IMG/VR virus record: IMGVR_UViG_3300023112_001138
Location: 1-64,000 of that record
DNA from: a virus
DNA: 64,000 bases
Direction: 5' to 3' (one strand)
Shown here: piece by piece, positions 18,416 to 27,122 of the stretch
How the letters are laid out: every line of letters begins with the position of its first letter
Position numbering within the stretch: the stretch's first letter is position 1
Program-made: the position numbers and the translations under genes
Notes under the pieces: generated by a model
The model's database searches: none
The model's input: only the letters and a program-made list of their open reading frames with translations
Told to the model about the DNA's origin: nothing

Positions 18416-19798
18416 ATGTCTAAAAATTTATCAGAAGAAAGAATTAGGATGAGAAAACTTATGGGGTTTACCTATGAGGATAATTCTCATGATGTATTGG
18501 CGGAACAGAATATTGGTAAATCTATAATTTCTGAACAGGGGGAAAAAGAAGAAGTTGGAGGAGAAGATTGTGTCACTATTAGTCATGTAGGGAGATTCCC
18601 AGTGGATGGTATTGCAGGGTCCGGTGCATTTACAACGTTTATGGATAAAATAGAGACCACTATTAAAGGTAATGCTAAATTAGCGGATAAAATTACAAAA
18701 GGTTTTGTATATGTAACAGATTTTAGTCTTATTGGTGGCGCAAGTAATCATTATGAGGGTCATTCTGTGACACCTGAAAAAAATAATGACCGTAAAAGTG
18801 ATTATAGTGGACAAGATTATACTGAAGATAATAAGTCATCTCACTTTAAGAAAAATAAAGAATTATCAGTAAATCGAGCTAAAGGTTTGGCAGATGAATT
18901 AAACGGGGAGGATGGATTAAAACGTATTAATGTTCAATTCGATGAGGGTATTTTAGATAATGCTAAAAATAACGCACAAGGATATATTATAGATACAGGG
19001 GGAATTAATGATAAACCTAATAAATCAAGCTGGACAATTAATGGTGTAACATACCAACCCGGTCAAGTAGTTGAAGTTAGTATGACTATTTGTTACCAAT
19101 CAGAAAAACAGGAGGAAAATCCTGAAACAGGAACCACAGAAACGGTAATAACCAAAGAACAGGTAACAGTACTAAAAAAGTGTTTTAATGGTGCCACAAT
19201 TAAAGTAATTTATGACCCAAAAGATCTGAAGAAAAGAGGGCTTCCAGACCATAGTTGTAATAAAGCAGTTTATGATATATGGGCAAATGGTTATAAGATA
19301 AAAAGAACACCAACGTTAGATTACGCTAGTTTAAATAATAAAGGGTATTTAGATGATGCTGAGAAAGAAGGGCGGAAAAGGATAAATACGTTTACTTTAG
19401 AGATAGATGGGGTAAATAGTGAGTTCTTTAATGAGGATATTATAGGTAAACATAGTGGAAGATTAGTGATTACGGCAGCATGTAGGAAGACAAAAGCAGG
19501 GAAATGGAGATCAAAAACGTGGAAGTTAAATGGAAAGAAAATGGATCCAAGTGACTGTCATTATGGCGTAGGGAAAATAATAGTAGATACCGCTGAAGGA
19601 ACCGACTCTAAAGTAGTGGTAACACCTAGTATGTGGGGAGTAGAGAAAAATGTTGCAGAATTTCCAGCTTGTGAAAATATAATTACTGAGTTAATGACTG
19701 ATAAACCTAAAGTTATAGAAAAAATAAAAACTTGGTGGAAAAAAATAAATAGTAAATCGGATAAGGAAGAAACAAAAAAAGAAGTAACAAGATTCTAA
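18416..19798 (+). CDS. MRKLMG-leader protein with an OmpA-like peptidoglycan-binding motif
   Basis: MSKNLSEERIRMRKLMG; GGASN...NKELSVNRAKGL resembles the OmpA_C motif N-x2-LS-x2-RA. Confidence 0.55.
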   Translation: MSKNLSEERIRMRKLMGFTYEDNSHDVLAEQNIGKSIISEQGEKEEVGGEDCVTISHVGRFPVDGIAGSGAFTTFMDKIETTIKGNAKLADKITKGFVYVTDFSLIGGASNHYEGHSVTPEKNNDRKSDYSGQDYTEDNKSSHFKKNKELSVNRAKGLADELNGEDGLKRINVQFDEGILDNAKNNAQGYIIDTGGINDKPNKSSWTINGVTYQPGQVVEVSMTICYQSEKQEENPETGTTETVITKEQVTVLKKCFNGATIKVIYDPKDLKKRGLPDHSCNKAVYDIWANGYKIKRTPTLDYASLNNKGYLDDAEKEGRKRINTFTLEIDGVNSEFFNEDIIGKHSGRLVITAACRKTKAGKWRSKTWKLNGKKMDPSDCHYGVGKIIVDTAEGTDSKVVVTPSMWGVEKNVAEFPACENIITELMTDKPKVIEKIKTWWKKINSKSDKEETKKEVTRF

Positions 19799-20409
19799 TC
19801 AACTTTATTATATAACATTTTAATTATTTCTTTATCCAATTCCGAATATTCAGTTACGGTAGAATACCCTTGATAAAAAATACTATTATCGTACTGGTAT
19901 GTGTCATTCCCTAACCCTAAACATTGTGTTATTTCTTCGCGTAGTATATGTTTTTGTCTAATAGGGTTTTTTACTCTACCAATATCTACAAATGCCTCAC
20001 CCCCATAAATATTATTATGTCTACCACAATATATAACACCAAAACCTTGAGTATTACCCTTTGTATGTTCATCAAATTCCATATTAATTTTAGAGAATTC
20101 TTTTCGTGTCCCTAAAAATAGTAATAGATTAGATTCATCATTATTAGTAGTTATCGATATATTGATAGGGCTAATAATGTCATTTAGTTCAGATACAACC
20201 TTTTCTAATTCTTCAATTAAATAATCTATTTTTTCTCCCTTAACAAATATTTTAACGTCTTTTTTGAATTTTTTATGTGATTTGGCACTGGAAGAGTATT
20301 CTCCATAATGAACTATCGTATCATAATAATTTATTATAGTTAGAGAATCTATTTGTGAAACCCCATTTAAAGAGGTTAATACGATTAATAATGTGATTAA
20401 GTTTTTCAT
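19795..20409 (-). CDS. Secreted DUF2927-like protein
   Basis: Start moved to 20409; signal peptide MKNLITLLIVLTSLNGVS-Q; HILREEITQCLGLGND...SIFYQ. Confidence 0.7.
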   Translation of the reverse strand: MKNLITLLIVLTSLNGVSQIDSLTIINYYDTIVHYGEYSSSAKSHKKFKKDVKIFVKGEKIDYLIEELEKVVSELNDIISPINISITTNNDESNLLLFLGTRKEFSKINMEFDEHTKGNTQGFGVIYCGRHNNIYGGEAFVDIGRVKNPIRQKHILREEITQCLGLGNDTYQYDNSIFYQGYSTVTEYSELDKEIIKMLYNKVD

Positions 20410-20426
20410 AGTTGTTTGATTTAATA

Positions 20427-20458
20427 CAAATATACGAAAAAAATTTGACTTTACCAAA
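20427..20458 (-). promoter_or_regulatory. Bacteroidota primary-sigma promoter (-33 TTTG / -7 TAnnTTTG)
   Basis: Minus strand reads TTTG-N20-TATATTTG, just upstream of the DUF2927 gene. Confidence 0.75.
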
Positions 20459-20476
20459 TATTATGCGTAATAATCT

Positions 20477-22954
20477 CTATTCTACTACTTTTACCTCTAC
20501 CTTTTCCTTAACTTTACTATAAGAAATCATAATAGTTTGACCTTCCTTAACATTACCTTTTAATATTTCTTCCGATACAGGGTCTTCAACATACTTTTGT
20601 ATTGCTCTATTAAGTGGTCTTGCACCATATTCTTCATCATAACCCACTTTCGCTAGAAAATCTTTTATGGATTTGGTTAGTTTAAGTTTGTAACCTATTT
20701 CTACCATTCTTTCTTGTAGTTTAGCAATCTCTAGTTTTACTATTTGAGCTATTTCTTCTTGATTAAGTGAATTAAATATAACAACATCATCTAACCTATT
20801 TAAAAATTCTGGTGGAAAATGTTTTTTAAGTTCTTTCTTTAATACATTTTTTCTATTTTCATCTGAATCACCTTCTAACATTTTAGTTGTGAAACCTAAT
20901 CCAGTACCAAAATCTTGGAGTTTCTTTGCCCCCACATTTGATGTCATTATTATCACACAATTTTTAAAGTTAACTTTCCTACCTAAACTATCTGTTAATT
21001 GCCCATCATCCAAAAGTTGTAACAATACATTATATACATCTCTATTGGCTTTCTCGATTTCATCAAATAATAATATTGAGTAGGGCTTTCTTCTAACCTT
21101 TTCGGTTAATTGACCACCCTCATCGTGTCCTACATATCCTGGAGGTGCGCCAATTAATCTTGAAACTGTATGTTTTTCTTGATATTCCGACATATCAATT
21201 CTTATTAGTGATTCCTCATTACCGAACATATACTCCGCCAATTTTTTTGCTAAATGTGTTTTCCCAGTACCGGTCGGTCCTAAAAACATAAATGTCCCAA
21301 TAGGTTTCTTTGGGTTTCTAATACCTACCCTATTTCTTCTTAAAGATTGGGATATTTTAACAATGGCACTGTCTTGTCCAATTACACTACCTTTCATATC
21401 ACTTTCCATATTTAATAACCTCTTCCCTTCATCTTCACTTAATCTACTTAATGGTATCCCTGTCATAATGGAAACCACATCACTAATATCTTCTGGTGTT
21501 ATAATGGTTCTTTTTTTATTTAATTTATCTTTCCAAACCTCTTTCTCCTCTTCAAGTTTTTCAGTTACTTGTCTTTCTTTATCCCTAAGTTTTGCAGCCT
21601 CCTCATATTTTTGATTCCTAACCACATCATTTTTTTCTTCTTTTATGTTAGTAATTTCACCTTCTAATTTATTGATAACTTCAGGGGGTTTTGCGTTAAC
21701 TTGTGATCTAGCACCAGCTTCATCCATAAGATCAATTGCTTTATCAGGAAATTCTCTGTCAGTAATATATCTATCTGATAGTTTAACACATTGTACAATT
21801 GATTCTTCTAAATAAGTTGCCTTGTGATATTCTTCATAAGAATCTTTTATTCTATTTAATATTGTAATCGTATCTTCTACTGATGGTGGGTCAACTATCA
21901 CTTGTTGGAATCTTCTGGTGAGTGCACCATCCTTTTCAATGTGTTCCCTAAAATCATCTAATGTGGTTGCACCAATTATTTGTAAATCACCTCTAGATAG
22001 TGCTGGTTTAAATACATTTGCTGCATCCATTGATCCTGAAGCATTTCCTGCACCAACCATATTATGTAACTCATCAATGAATAATATAATATCATCAGTG
22101 TTCATTAATTCATCAACAACACCCTTAATTCGTTCTTCAAATTGACCCCTATATTTGGTTCCTGCAACTAATGAAGTTAAATCTAAAGAAATAATTCTTT
22201 TATCTAATAGTGTTCTTGGGGCATCTCCCTCATATATTTTTAAAGCTAAACCTTCAATGATTGTTGTTTTACCGACACCTGGGGGTCCAATTATAACAGG
22301 GTTATTCTTCTTTTTTCTTGAAAGTATTTGTGCAACTCTTTGTATTACATCATCTCTACCGATAACTGGGTCAATATTTCCTTCTGATGCTTTTTTTGTT
22401 ATATCATCAGAAAAATTATCTAGTATAGGTGTATTAGAAGTTGTTTTTCCTCTCTTCTTGGATGGTCTATTAAATATTTCTTCTGGGTCATTAGCAGATT
22501 CAAAAGCATTATCCATATTATCGATTAATGATTTTTTAATTGTATTTTTGTAGTTTTTATAGTTTACCCCCATAGAGTTTAAAATTTTTGTAACATTATT
22601 TTTTTCTTTTAGTGTGGATAATAAAATATGGGTGGTGTCTAAATAAGATTCTTTTAATTTATCACATTCATTTTCTGATCCCTTCATTATCTTTTCTGTA
22701 TGTGCGTTCATTGGAATGTGTTTGATTATCGTTCTACCATCATCTTTCTTTTTTACTATACCCTTCTCTAACTTTCTATGTAAATCATCAATATCTATGC
22801 CCATCTCTAAAAGAAATTTTATTGATTCATTGTTAAAATCGTTTATTAACGCAATGATAATATGTTCTATCTTTATTTCGCAATCATTATAAAGTTTGGC
22901 TTCATCGATTGACTTGTTTATTATTTTTTTTACTTTCGGTAATACTTTTCTCAT
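20477..22954 (-). CDS. clpC: ATP-dependent Clp protease ATP-binding subunit ClpC
   Basis: Clp N domain; Walker A motifs GPPGVGKT and GPTGTGKT; AGTKYRGQFEER; UVR/M domain KYEEAAKLRD; LGF ClpP-binding loop; YGARPL. Confidence 0.95.
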   Translation of the reverse strand: MRKVLPKVKKIINKSIDEAKLYNDCEIKIEHIIIALINDFNNESIKFLLEMGIDIDDLHRKLEKGIVKKKDDGRTIIKHIPMNAHTEKIMKGSENECDKLKESYLDTTHILLSTLKEKNNVTKILNSMGVNYKNYKNTIKKSLIDNMDNAFESANDPEEIFNRPSKKRGKTTSNTPILDNFSDDITKKASEGNIDPVIGRDDVIQRVAQILSRKKKNNPVIIGPPGVGKTTIIEGLALKIYEGDAPRTLLDKRIISLDLTSLVAGTKYRGQFEERIKGVVDELMNTDDIILFIDELHNMVGAGNASGSMDAANVFKPALSRGDLQIIGATTLDDFREHIEKDGALTRRFQQVIVDPPSVEDTITILNRIKDSYEEYHKATYLEESIVQCVKLSDRYITDREFPDKAIDLMDEAGARSQVNAKPPEVINKLEGEITNIKEEKNDVVRNQKYEEAAKLRDKERQVTEKLEEEKEVWKDKLNKKRTIITPEDISDVVSIMTGIPLSRLSEDEGKRLLNMESDMKGSVIGQDSAIVKISQSLRRNRVGIRNPKKPIGTFMFLGPTGTGKTHLAKKLAEYMFGNEESLIRIDMSEYQEKHTVSRLIGAPPGYVGHDEGGQLTEKVRRKPYSILLFDEIEKANRDVYNVLLQLLDDGQLTDSLGRKVNFKNCVIIMTSNVGAKKLQDFGTGLGFTTKMLEGDSDENRKNVLKKELKKHFPPEFLNRLDDVVIFNSLNQEEIAQIVKLEIAKLQERMVEIGYKLKLTKSIKDFLAKVGYDEEYGARPLNRAIQKYVEDPVSEEILKGNVKEGQTIMISYSKVKEKVEVKVVE

Positions 22955-22961
22955 GACTAAA

Positions 22962-22993
22962 TTTGTTTTTTTAAATAAATATTATTATGTTTG
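22962..22993 (+). promoter_or_regulatory. Bacteroidota primary-sigma promoter, overlapping the divergent TATTTAT box of clpC
   Basis: TTTG(22962)-N20-TATGTTTG(22986-22993); ATAAATAT at 22975-22982 reads ATATTTAT on the minus strand. Confidence 0.7.
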
Positions 22994-23022
22994 TTAATAA
23001 ATTCATATATAAAATATAAATA

Positions 23023-23946
23023 ATGAAAGACAAATATAAACTTTATTTAGGAGAAACAAAAGAAATAATTTCTAAAATGGTGGAAAAGAACGAATTAGTG
23101 GATATGATATTCACTTCACCACCCTATTATTCGTTCAGAAAAAATTATAGTGGTAACGGAGATGGATCTGTCGGATCCATACATGTGGACGAGTATGCAG
23201 ATTGGCTTTTAGAATTTACAGAAAAGTTTTTACAAGTATTAAAACCTAATGGTAGTTTTTTCCTAAATATTAACGACAAAATCGAAAATGGTGTTGTTCA
23301 CCCAGTATTAGATGAATTAAAATATAAGATGAGTAAACAAGGTTGGTACTTGGTTGCAAAACCTTATATATGGTTTAAAAAACAATCTATGCCCACTAAT
23401 TGTAAATACAGAGCAATTGATAGGTATGAGTATGTGTTCCATTTTTCAAACTCTACTAAACCAAAATTTAGAGCAACTAATTGTAGGACACCTCATTCTG
23501 AAGTTACAAAAAGAAGAATGAAGCGACCAGTACCAACAATCAATTCTAGAGATGGGGTTTATGAACACACAAAAATTAAATTAAATTCTGATGGGGCATT
23601 ACCACATAATGTTGTTATTACACCCGCAGAATCTAACCCCAGTGTATTACACCCAGCTCCTTTTCATGTGGATTTAGCTGAATGGTTTATTAAGGTAGGG
23701 TCAGATATCAACGACATTGTTTTAGATCCGTTTGCTGGGTCTTCAACCACAGGTGTGGCAGCAATTAAAAATGAAAGAAAATACGTTGGTATTGACTTAG
23801 TAGATTTTAATATTAACTTTGGGGAAAATAGAATAAAACATTTGTTAAAAACTGGAGATTGTTATATACCTAAAAATAAATTAACAACTTATGGTATTGA
23901 TGTAAACTATTATAAGGTAAAAGGTAAAAACATCAATAACCCATAA
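23023..23946 (+). CDS. DNA methyltransferase, N6/N4 family, beta class
   Basis: FTSPPY catalytic motif precedes HPAPF and VLDPFAGSSTTG SAM-binding motifs. Confidence 0.9.
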   Translation: MKDKYKLYLGETKEIISKMVEKNELVDMIFTSPPYYSFRKNYSGNGDGSVGSIHVDEYADWLLEFTEKFLQVLKPNGSFFLNINDKIENGVVHPVLDELKYKMSKQGWYLVAKPYIWFKKQSMPTNCKYRAIDRYEYVFHFSNSTKPKFRATNCRTPHSEVTKRRMKRPVPTINSRDGVYEHTKIKLNSDGALPHNVVITPAESNPSVLHPAPFHVDLAEWFIKVGSDINDIVLDPFAGSSTTGVAAIKNERKYVGIDLVDFNINFGENRIKHLLKTGDCYIPKNKLTTYGIDVNYYKVKGKNINNP

Positions 23947-23960
23947 TGTCATTTTGACAT
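23946..23960. promoter_or_regulatory. Inverted repeat ATGTCA-N3-TGACAT upstream of hsp20 (candidate operator)
   Basis: Perfect palindrome, plus a further TTTTGACA about 25 bp downstream. Confidence 0.4.
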
Positions 23961-24037
23961 AAAAACTAATATGGTATATGTTTTGACAATGGATTATTAA
24001 ATTTCAAATAATAATAAAAAAATAAATTAAATTAAAA

Positions 24038-24508
24038 ATGCGAAGAGATTTTAACGAAATAATAAAAGATTTGTTTACACATGACGATTACTTATGGAGT
24101 AACTCCACAATAACACCCTTTTTAAATAGGATCACTGAAAATAATCCTTTACGTAAGGATAGAGATTATGCTCAAAACCTACCACCTACCAACATTTATG
24201 AAGATGAGTGGTCGTATAGGTATGAGTTATCAACACCAGGGTTTATAAAAAACAATTTATCTGTGGAACTAGATAATAGTGTTCTTACAATAAGAGGTGA
24301 ACGAAAAAACACTAATAAAAAAGAAACTGGTGAATATATTGCTAAAGAATACCACTCCAATAAATTTTATAGGTCATTTAATTTACCTGAAAATATTGTT
24401 GCAGATGAGATACACGCAAAGGTAGATAATGGAATTACTACTTTATTTATACCAAAAGAAAAACCAACAAAGACCAAAAATTTAACAAAAACTATAGAGA
24501 TATCTTAG
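24038..24508 (+). CDS. Small heat shock protein, Hsp20/alpha-crystallin
   Basis: PPTNIYE...PGF...LTIRGER...FYRSFNLP...AKVDNGITTLFIPK...IEI. Confidence 0.92.
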   Translation: MRRDFNEIIKDLFTHDDYLWSNSTITPFLNRITENNPLRKDRDYAQNLPPTNIYEDEWSYRYELSTPGFIKNNLSVELDNSVLTIRGERKNTNKKETGEYIAKEYHSNKFYRSFNLPENIVADEIHAKVDNGITTLFIPKEKPTKTKNLTKTIEIS

Positions 24509-24536
24509 CGTATCTAATATATTTAAAATAATATTT

Positions 24537-24566
24537 AAGCCATACCTTTACAGGTGTGGCTTTTTT
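24537..24566 (+). terminator. Rho-independent terminator
   Basis: AAGCCATACCT-ttac-AGGTGTGGCTT followed by a T run. Confidence 0.75.
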
Positions 24567-24589
24567 ATTATATTTATTTTAACAAAAAT

Positions 24590-24618
24590 TTGATTTTTAA
24601 ATAAAAAAAATATATAAT
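24590..24618 (+). promoter_or_regulatory. sigma70-like promoter TTGATT-N17-TATAAT
   Basis: Upstream of the 24629 ORF; AT-rich context lowers certainty. Confidence 0.4.
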
Positions 24619-24628
24619 TATATAAGTT

Positions 24629-24871
24629 ATGATACCATCAGCACCAAAGTTTAAAAAAATAGTATTACTAATAAAAAATGAAAATAGTAGTGATCCAGAT
24701 ATAAAACCCACAATTAGGGTTGAGCATAGTGATTGTGCAATGATCATAACTGGAGATTATGTTATTATAACAGAAGATGAGACTGGTAACAATATTGATA
24801 CACCTTCAACAGTAAAGGGGAAAATATATGTATTAAAAGAAATAGACTCATATAAACTTTTTAAAAATTAA
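24629..24871 (+). CDS. Hypothetical protein
   Basis: 80-aa ORF. Confidence 0.6.
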   Translation: MIPSAPKFKKIVLLIKNENSSDPDIKPTIRVEHSDCAMIITGDYVIITEDETGNNIDTPSTVKGKIYVLKEIDSYKLFKN

Positions 24872-24874
24872 ATT

Positions 24875-25168
24875 ATGGTTTTAAATAAACACGAAGAGAA
24901 TGGAGCAATCGAAAACTTGTACGATTCAAGTAATATACTAGCTTCAAAGTACGATATCAGAGGTAAGAAGTTGGCAATAATTTTTAATAGTGGTAGACAA
25001 TATTTGTATCATGATGTATCAAGAAATGATTATGATGTATTTGAGGGTGCTGAAAGTCAAGGAAAAATTTTACATTCAACGATTAAAAAATATAAAGTAG
25101 AGAAAGTAGTGGACATTGTTGACACTACTTTAATTATCGAGCAGATACAAACACTGAAAAATTCATAA
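24875..25168 (+). CDS. KTSC domain protein
   Basis: SSNILASKYD...LAIIFNSGRQYLYHDV...AESQGK. Confidence 0.8.
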   Translation: MVLNKHEENGAIENLYDSSNILASKYDIRGKKLAIIFNSGRQYLYHDVSRNDYDVFEGAESQGKILHSTIKKYKVEKVVDIVDTTLIIEQIQTLKNS

Positions 25169-25336
25169 ATGGAATCAAATAAAAATCAGAGATTATTATC
25201 TAAACTATATGAATGTCAAGAAATAATTCTTGCATTGAGTGGTGACACTATTAGTGAACAACATATTTTAATGTCTGAAATAATAAAAGAATTAGAATGT
25301 GATATAATAGAAGATATTGGCTATATAGGGATTTAA
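25169..25336 (+). CDS. Small hypothetical protein (55 aa), not in ORF track
   Basis: MESNKNQRLLSKLYECQEIILALSGD...GYIGI*; abuts the KTSC gene stop. Confidence 0.5.
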   Translation: MESNKNQRLLSKLYECQEIILALSGDTISEQHILMSEIIKELECDIIEDIGYIGI

Positions 25337-25349
25337 AAAATAAATTAAA

Positions 25350-25754
25350 ATGAAAAATAATATAACAATAATATTAACACTACTATCTTTAAACCTAATA
25401 GGTCAGATAAACTATGATGTATATAGGGTAGTTGCTCACAGCAATGAAATGTATGTGCATTCAATTTCAAACACAATTAAAGTACCCCAAGAACATGCTA
25501 TATTTGTTCCAAATGTATTCTCACCTAATAATGACGGAATAAATGATTATTTCCGGGTGATGGGTAAAGGTTTAGATCATATTACAATCGAAATATATAA
25601 TAGATGGAGTCAACAAGTATTCGAAGCACCTCACTTAACAGAGATTTGGGATGGGACATACCGAGGTAAACAATGCCCCATCGGAACATATGTATACCAA
25701 CTTAAAATAGATAAAAAAATATCCCATTCAGGGACAGTAACATTAATAAGATGA
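25350..25754 (+). CDS. Signal peptide plus gliding-motility-associated (T9SS type B, CHU_C) C-terminal domain
   Basis: IFVPNVFSPNNDGINDYF...IYNRW...WDGT...GTYVY...GTVTLIR; signal peptide ends LIG-Q. Confidence 0.85.
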   Translation: MKNNITIILTLLSLNLIGQINYDVYRVVAHSNEMYVHSISNTIKVPQEHAIFVPNVFSPNNDGINDYFRVMGKGLDHITIEIYNRWSQQVFEAPHLTEIWDGTYRGKQCPIGTYVYQLKIDKKISHSGTVTLIR

Positions 25755-25843
25755 AAGAAGTAGTAATATTTAGTTGGGTATTTGCAGGTGTTATATGTGT
25801 TTATGCGTATTATGTTAAACATAAGAAAAACCAAAACAATTAA
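25751..25843 (+). CDS. 30-aa single-TM micropeptide, not in ORF track
   Basis: MKEVVIFSWVFAGVICVYAYYVKHKKNQNN*; ATGA overlap with the upstream gene. Confidence 0.45.
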   Translation: MKEVVIFSWVFAGVICVYAYYVKHKKNQNN

Positions 25844-25918
25844 ATCACCATTAAATAATTAATTTCCCCAATAACTTTAATTTAATAATTAATGTGAGTA
25901 TTTATTATAAAAATACTT

Positions 25919-26710
25919 ATGCGAATTAAAAGATTAAAAGAACAAGAGGTAAGTGATATAATCGCCAAAGAAAATATTGACTTATCATCCTTTAAAGTAA
26001 AAAAAACATTAAACCCAAAAGTATTCGACAAGGATAAAAAAATGCATAGTGATGTTCGATCTAGGTTACTGATGATTGCTGATGATTTTTTTGAAACTTT
26101 GGATATCGGTTGGGTTGATCTGGATGATGTTATATTAACTGGTAGTTTAGCTAATTATAATTGGTCAAAATTTTCAGATGTTGATCTACATATATTACTA
26201 CAATTTGAAGATGTGGATGAAAATGTGGATTTGGTTAGGGAATATTTTAACTCAAAAAAGAATTTATGGAATGAAAAACATTCTATTACCATAAAAGGTT
26301 ATGATGTGGAATTATATTTACAAGATACTCATGAATCACATGTTTCTAGTGGTGTGTATTCTGTAATGTGGGATGGATGGGTTGTTAAACCAGAAAGAGG
26401 TGATAAGAAAATAGATGCGAAAAAAGTAAGTGAAAAAGTTAATAGTATTGTTGATGCAATTAAACATGTTTATGAGATGTATAAAGATGGGGAGTATGAT
26501 AAAGTAATTAGAAGTATAAAAACACTTAAAGAGAAATTAAAGAAAATGCGACAAGCCGGATTGGATCGTGAAGGTGAATATTCTTTTGAGAATATTGCAT
26601 TTAAAGTTCTTAGAAGAAGTGAGTATCTAGATAAATTAACTACAATAGAAACTAGGGCGTATGATAATTCATTAACATTGGATGAATCTATAAAGCTTAT
26701 AAAGTATTAA
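25919..26710 (+). CDS. Nucleotidyltransferase, Pol-beta superfamily
   Basis: LTGSLANYNWSKFSDVDLHI...GYDVELY; GTATTTATT at 25898-25906. Confidence 0.85.
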   Translation: MRIKRLKEQEVSDIIAKENIDLSSFKVKKTLNPKVFDKDKKMHSDVRSRLLMIADDFFETLDIGWVDLDDVILTGSLANYNWSKFSDVDLHILLQFEDVDENVDLVREYFNSKKNLWNEKHSITIKGYDVELYLQDTHESHVSSGVYSVMWDGWVVKPERGDKKIDAKKVSEKVNSIVDAIKHVYEMYKDGEYDKVIRSIKTLKEKLKKMRQAGLDREGEYSFENIAFKVLRRSEYLDKLTTIETRAYDNSLTLDESIKLIKY

Positions 26711-26769
26711 TATATAACTATTTTATGTTTTTTTATTAAAAATGCAATATTTATTAATAAAATAAAAGA

Positions 26770-27090
26770 ATGGGAACATATTTAACGGGAACATATTCAG
26801 TAATTCATACTAGTGGTACTACAGATTTTAATAATTTCGTATATAGTGCGGTGTATTTTAATACTACAGGGCCATTTACAATAAATGGTACCAACGTAGT
26901 TGGGTCAATAGGTGAAACATTAGATATTGTTGTAGATGAAAATACTACAATATTATCTACAGATTTTCTTTTGTTAGGAAATCCAATTGCACCACAAACA
27001 AAAGTTCAAACTGGTTTAATATCTGGTGATTCACATAACGAAGTGTGGCAATTTGTAAATATAAAAACTGGATTACCAACAAACGGATAA
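26770..27090 (+). CDS. Small Thr/Gly-rich putative virion protein
   Basis: 106-aa beta-rich composition; ATATTTATT at 26747-26755. Confidence 0.55.
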   Translation: MGTYLTGTYSVIHTSGTTDFNNFVYSAVYFNTTGPFTINGTNVVGSIGETLDIVVDENTTILSTDFLLLGNPIAPQTKVQTGLISGDSHNEVWQFVNIKTGLPTNG

Positions 27091-27122
27091 AAATTAAAAT
27101 TAAAAATATAAAAAATAAAAAA

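Noticed and set aside
20889-22553. Plus-strand ORFs opposite clpC, and similar antisense ORFs elsewhere (27503-27904, 37395-37856, 41021-42292, 48670-49911)
   Set aside because: Shadow frames of well-supported genes, with Ser/Phe/Ile-rich composition and no motifs.
23023-23946. Restriction-modification system
   Set aside because: No adjacent endonuclease; treated as an orphan methyltransferase.
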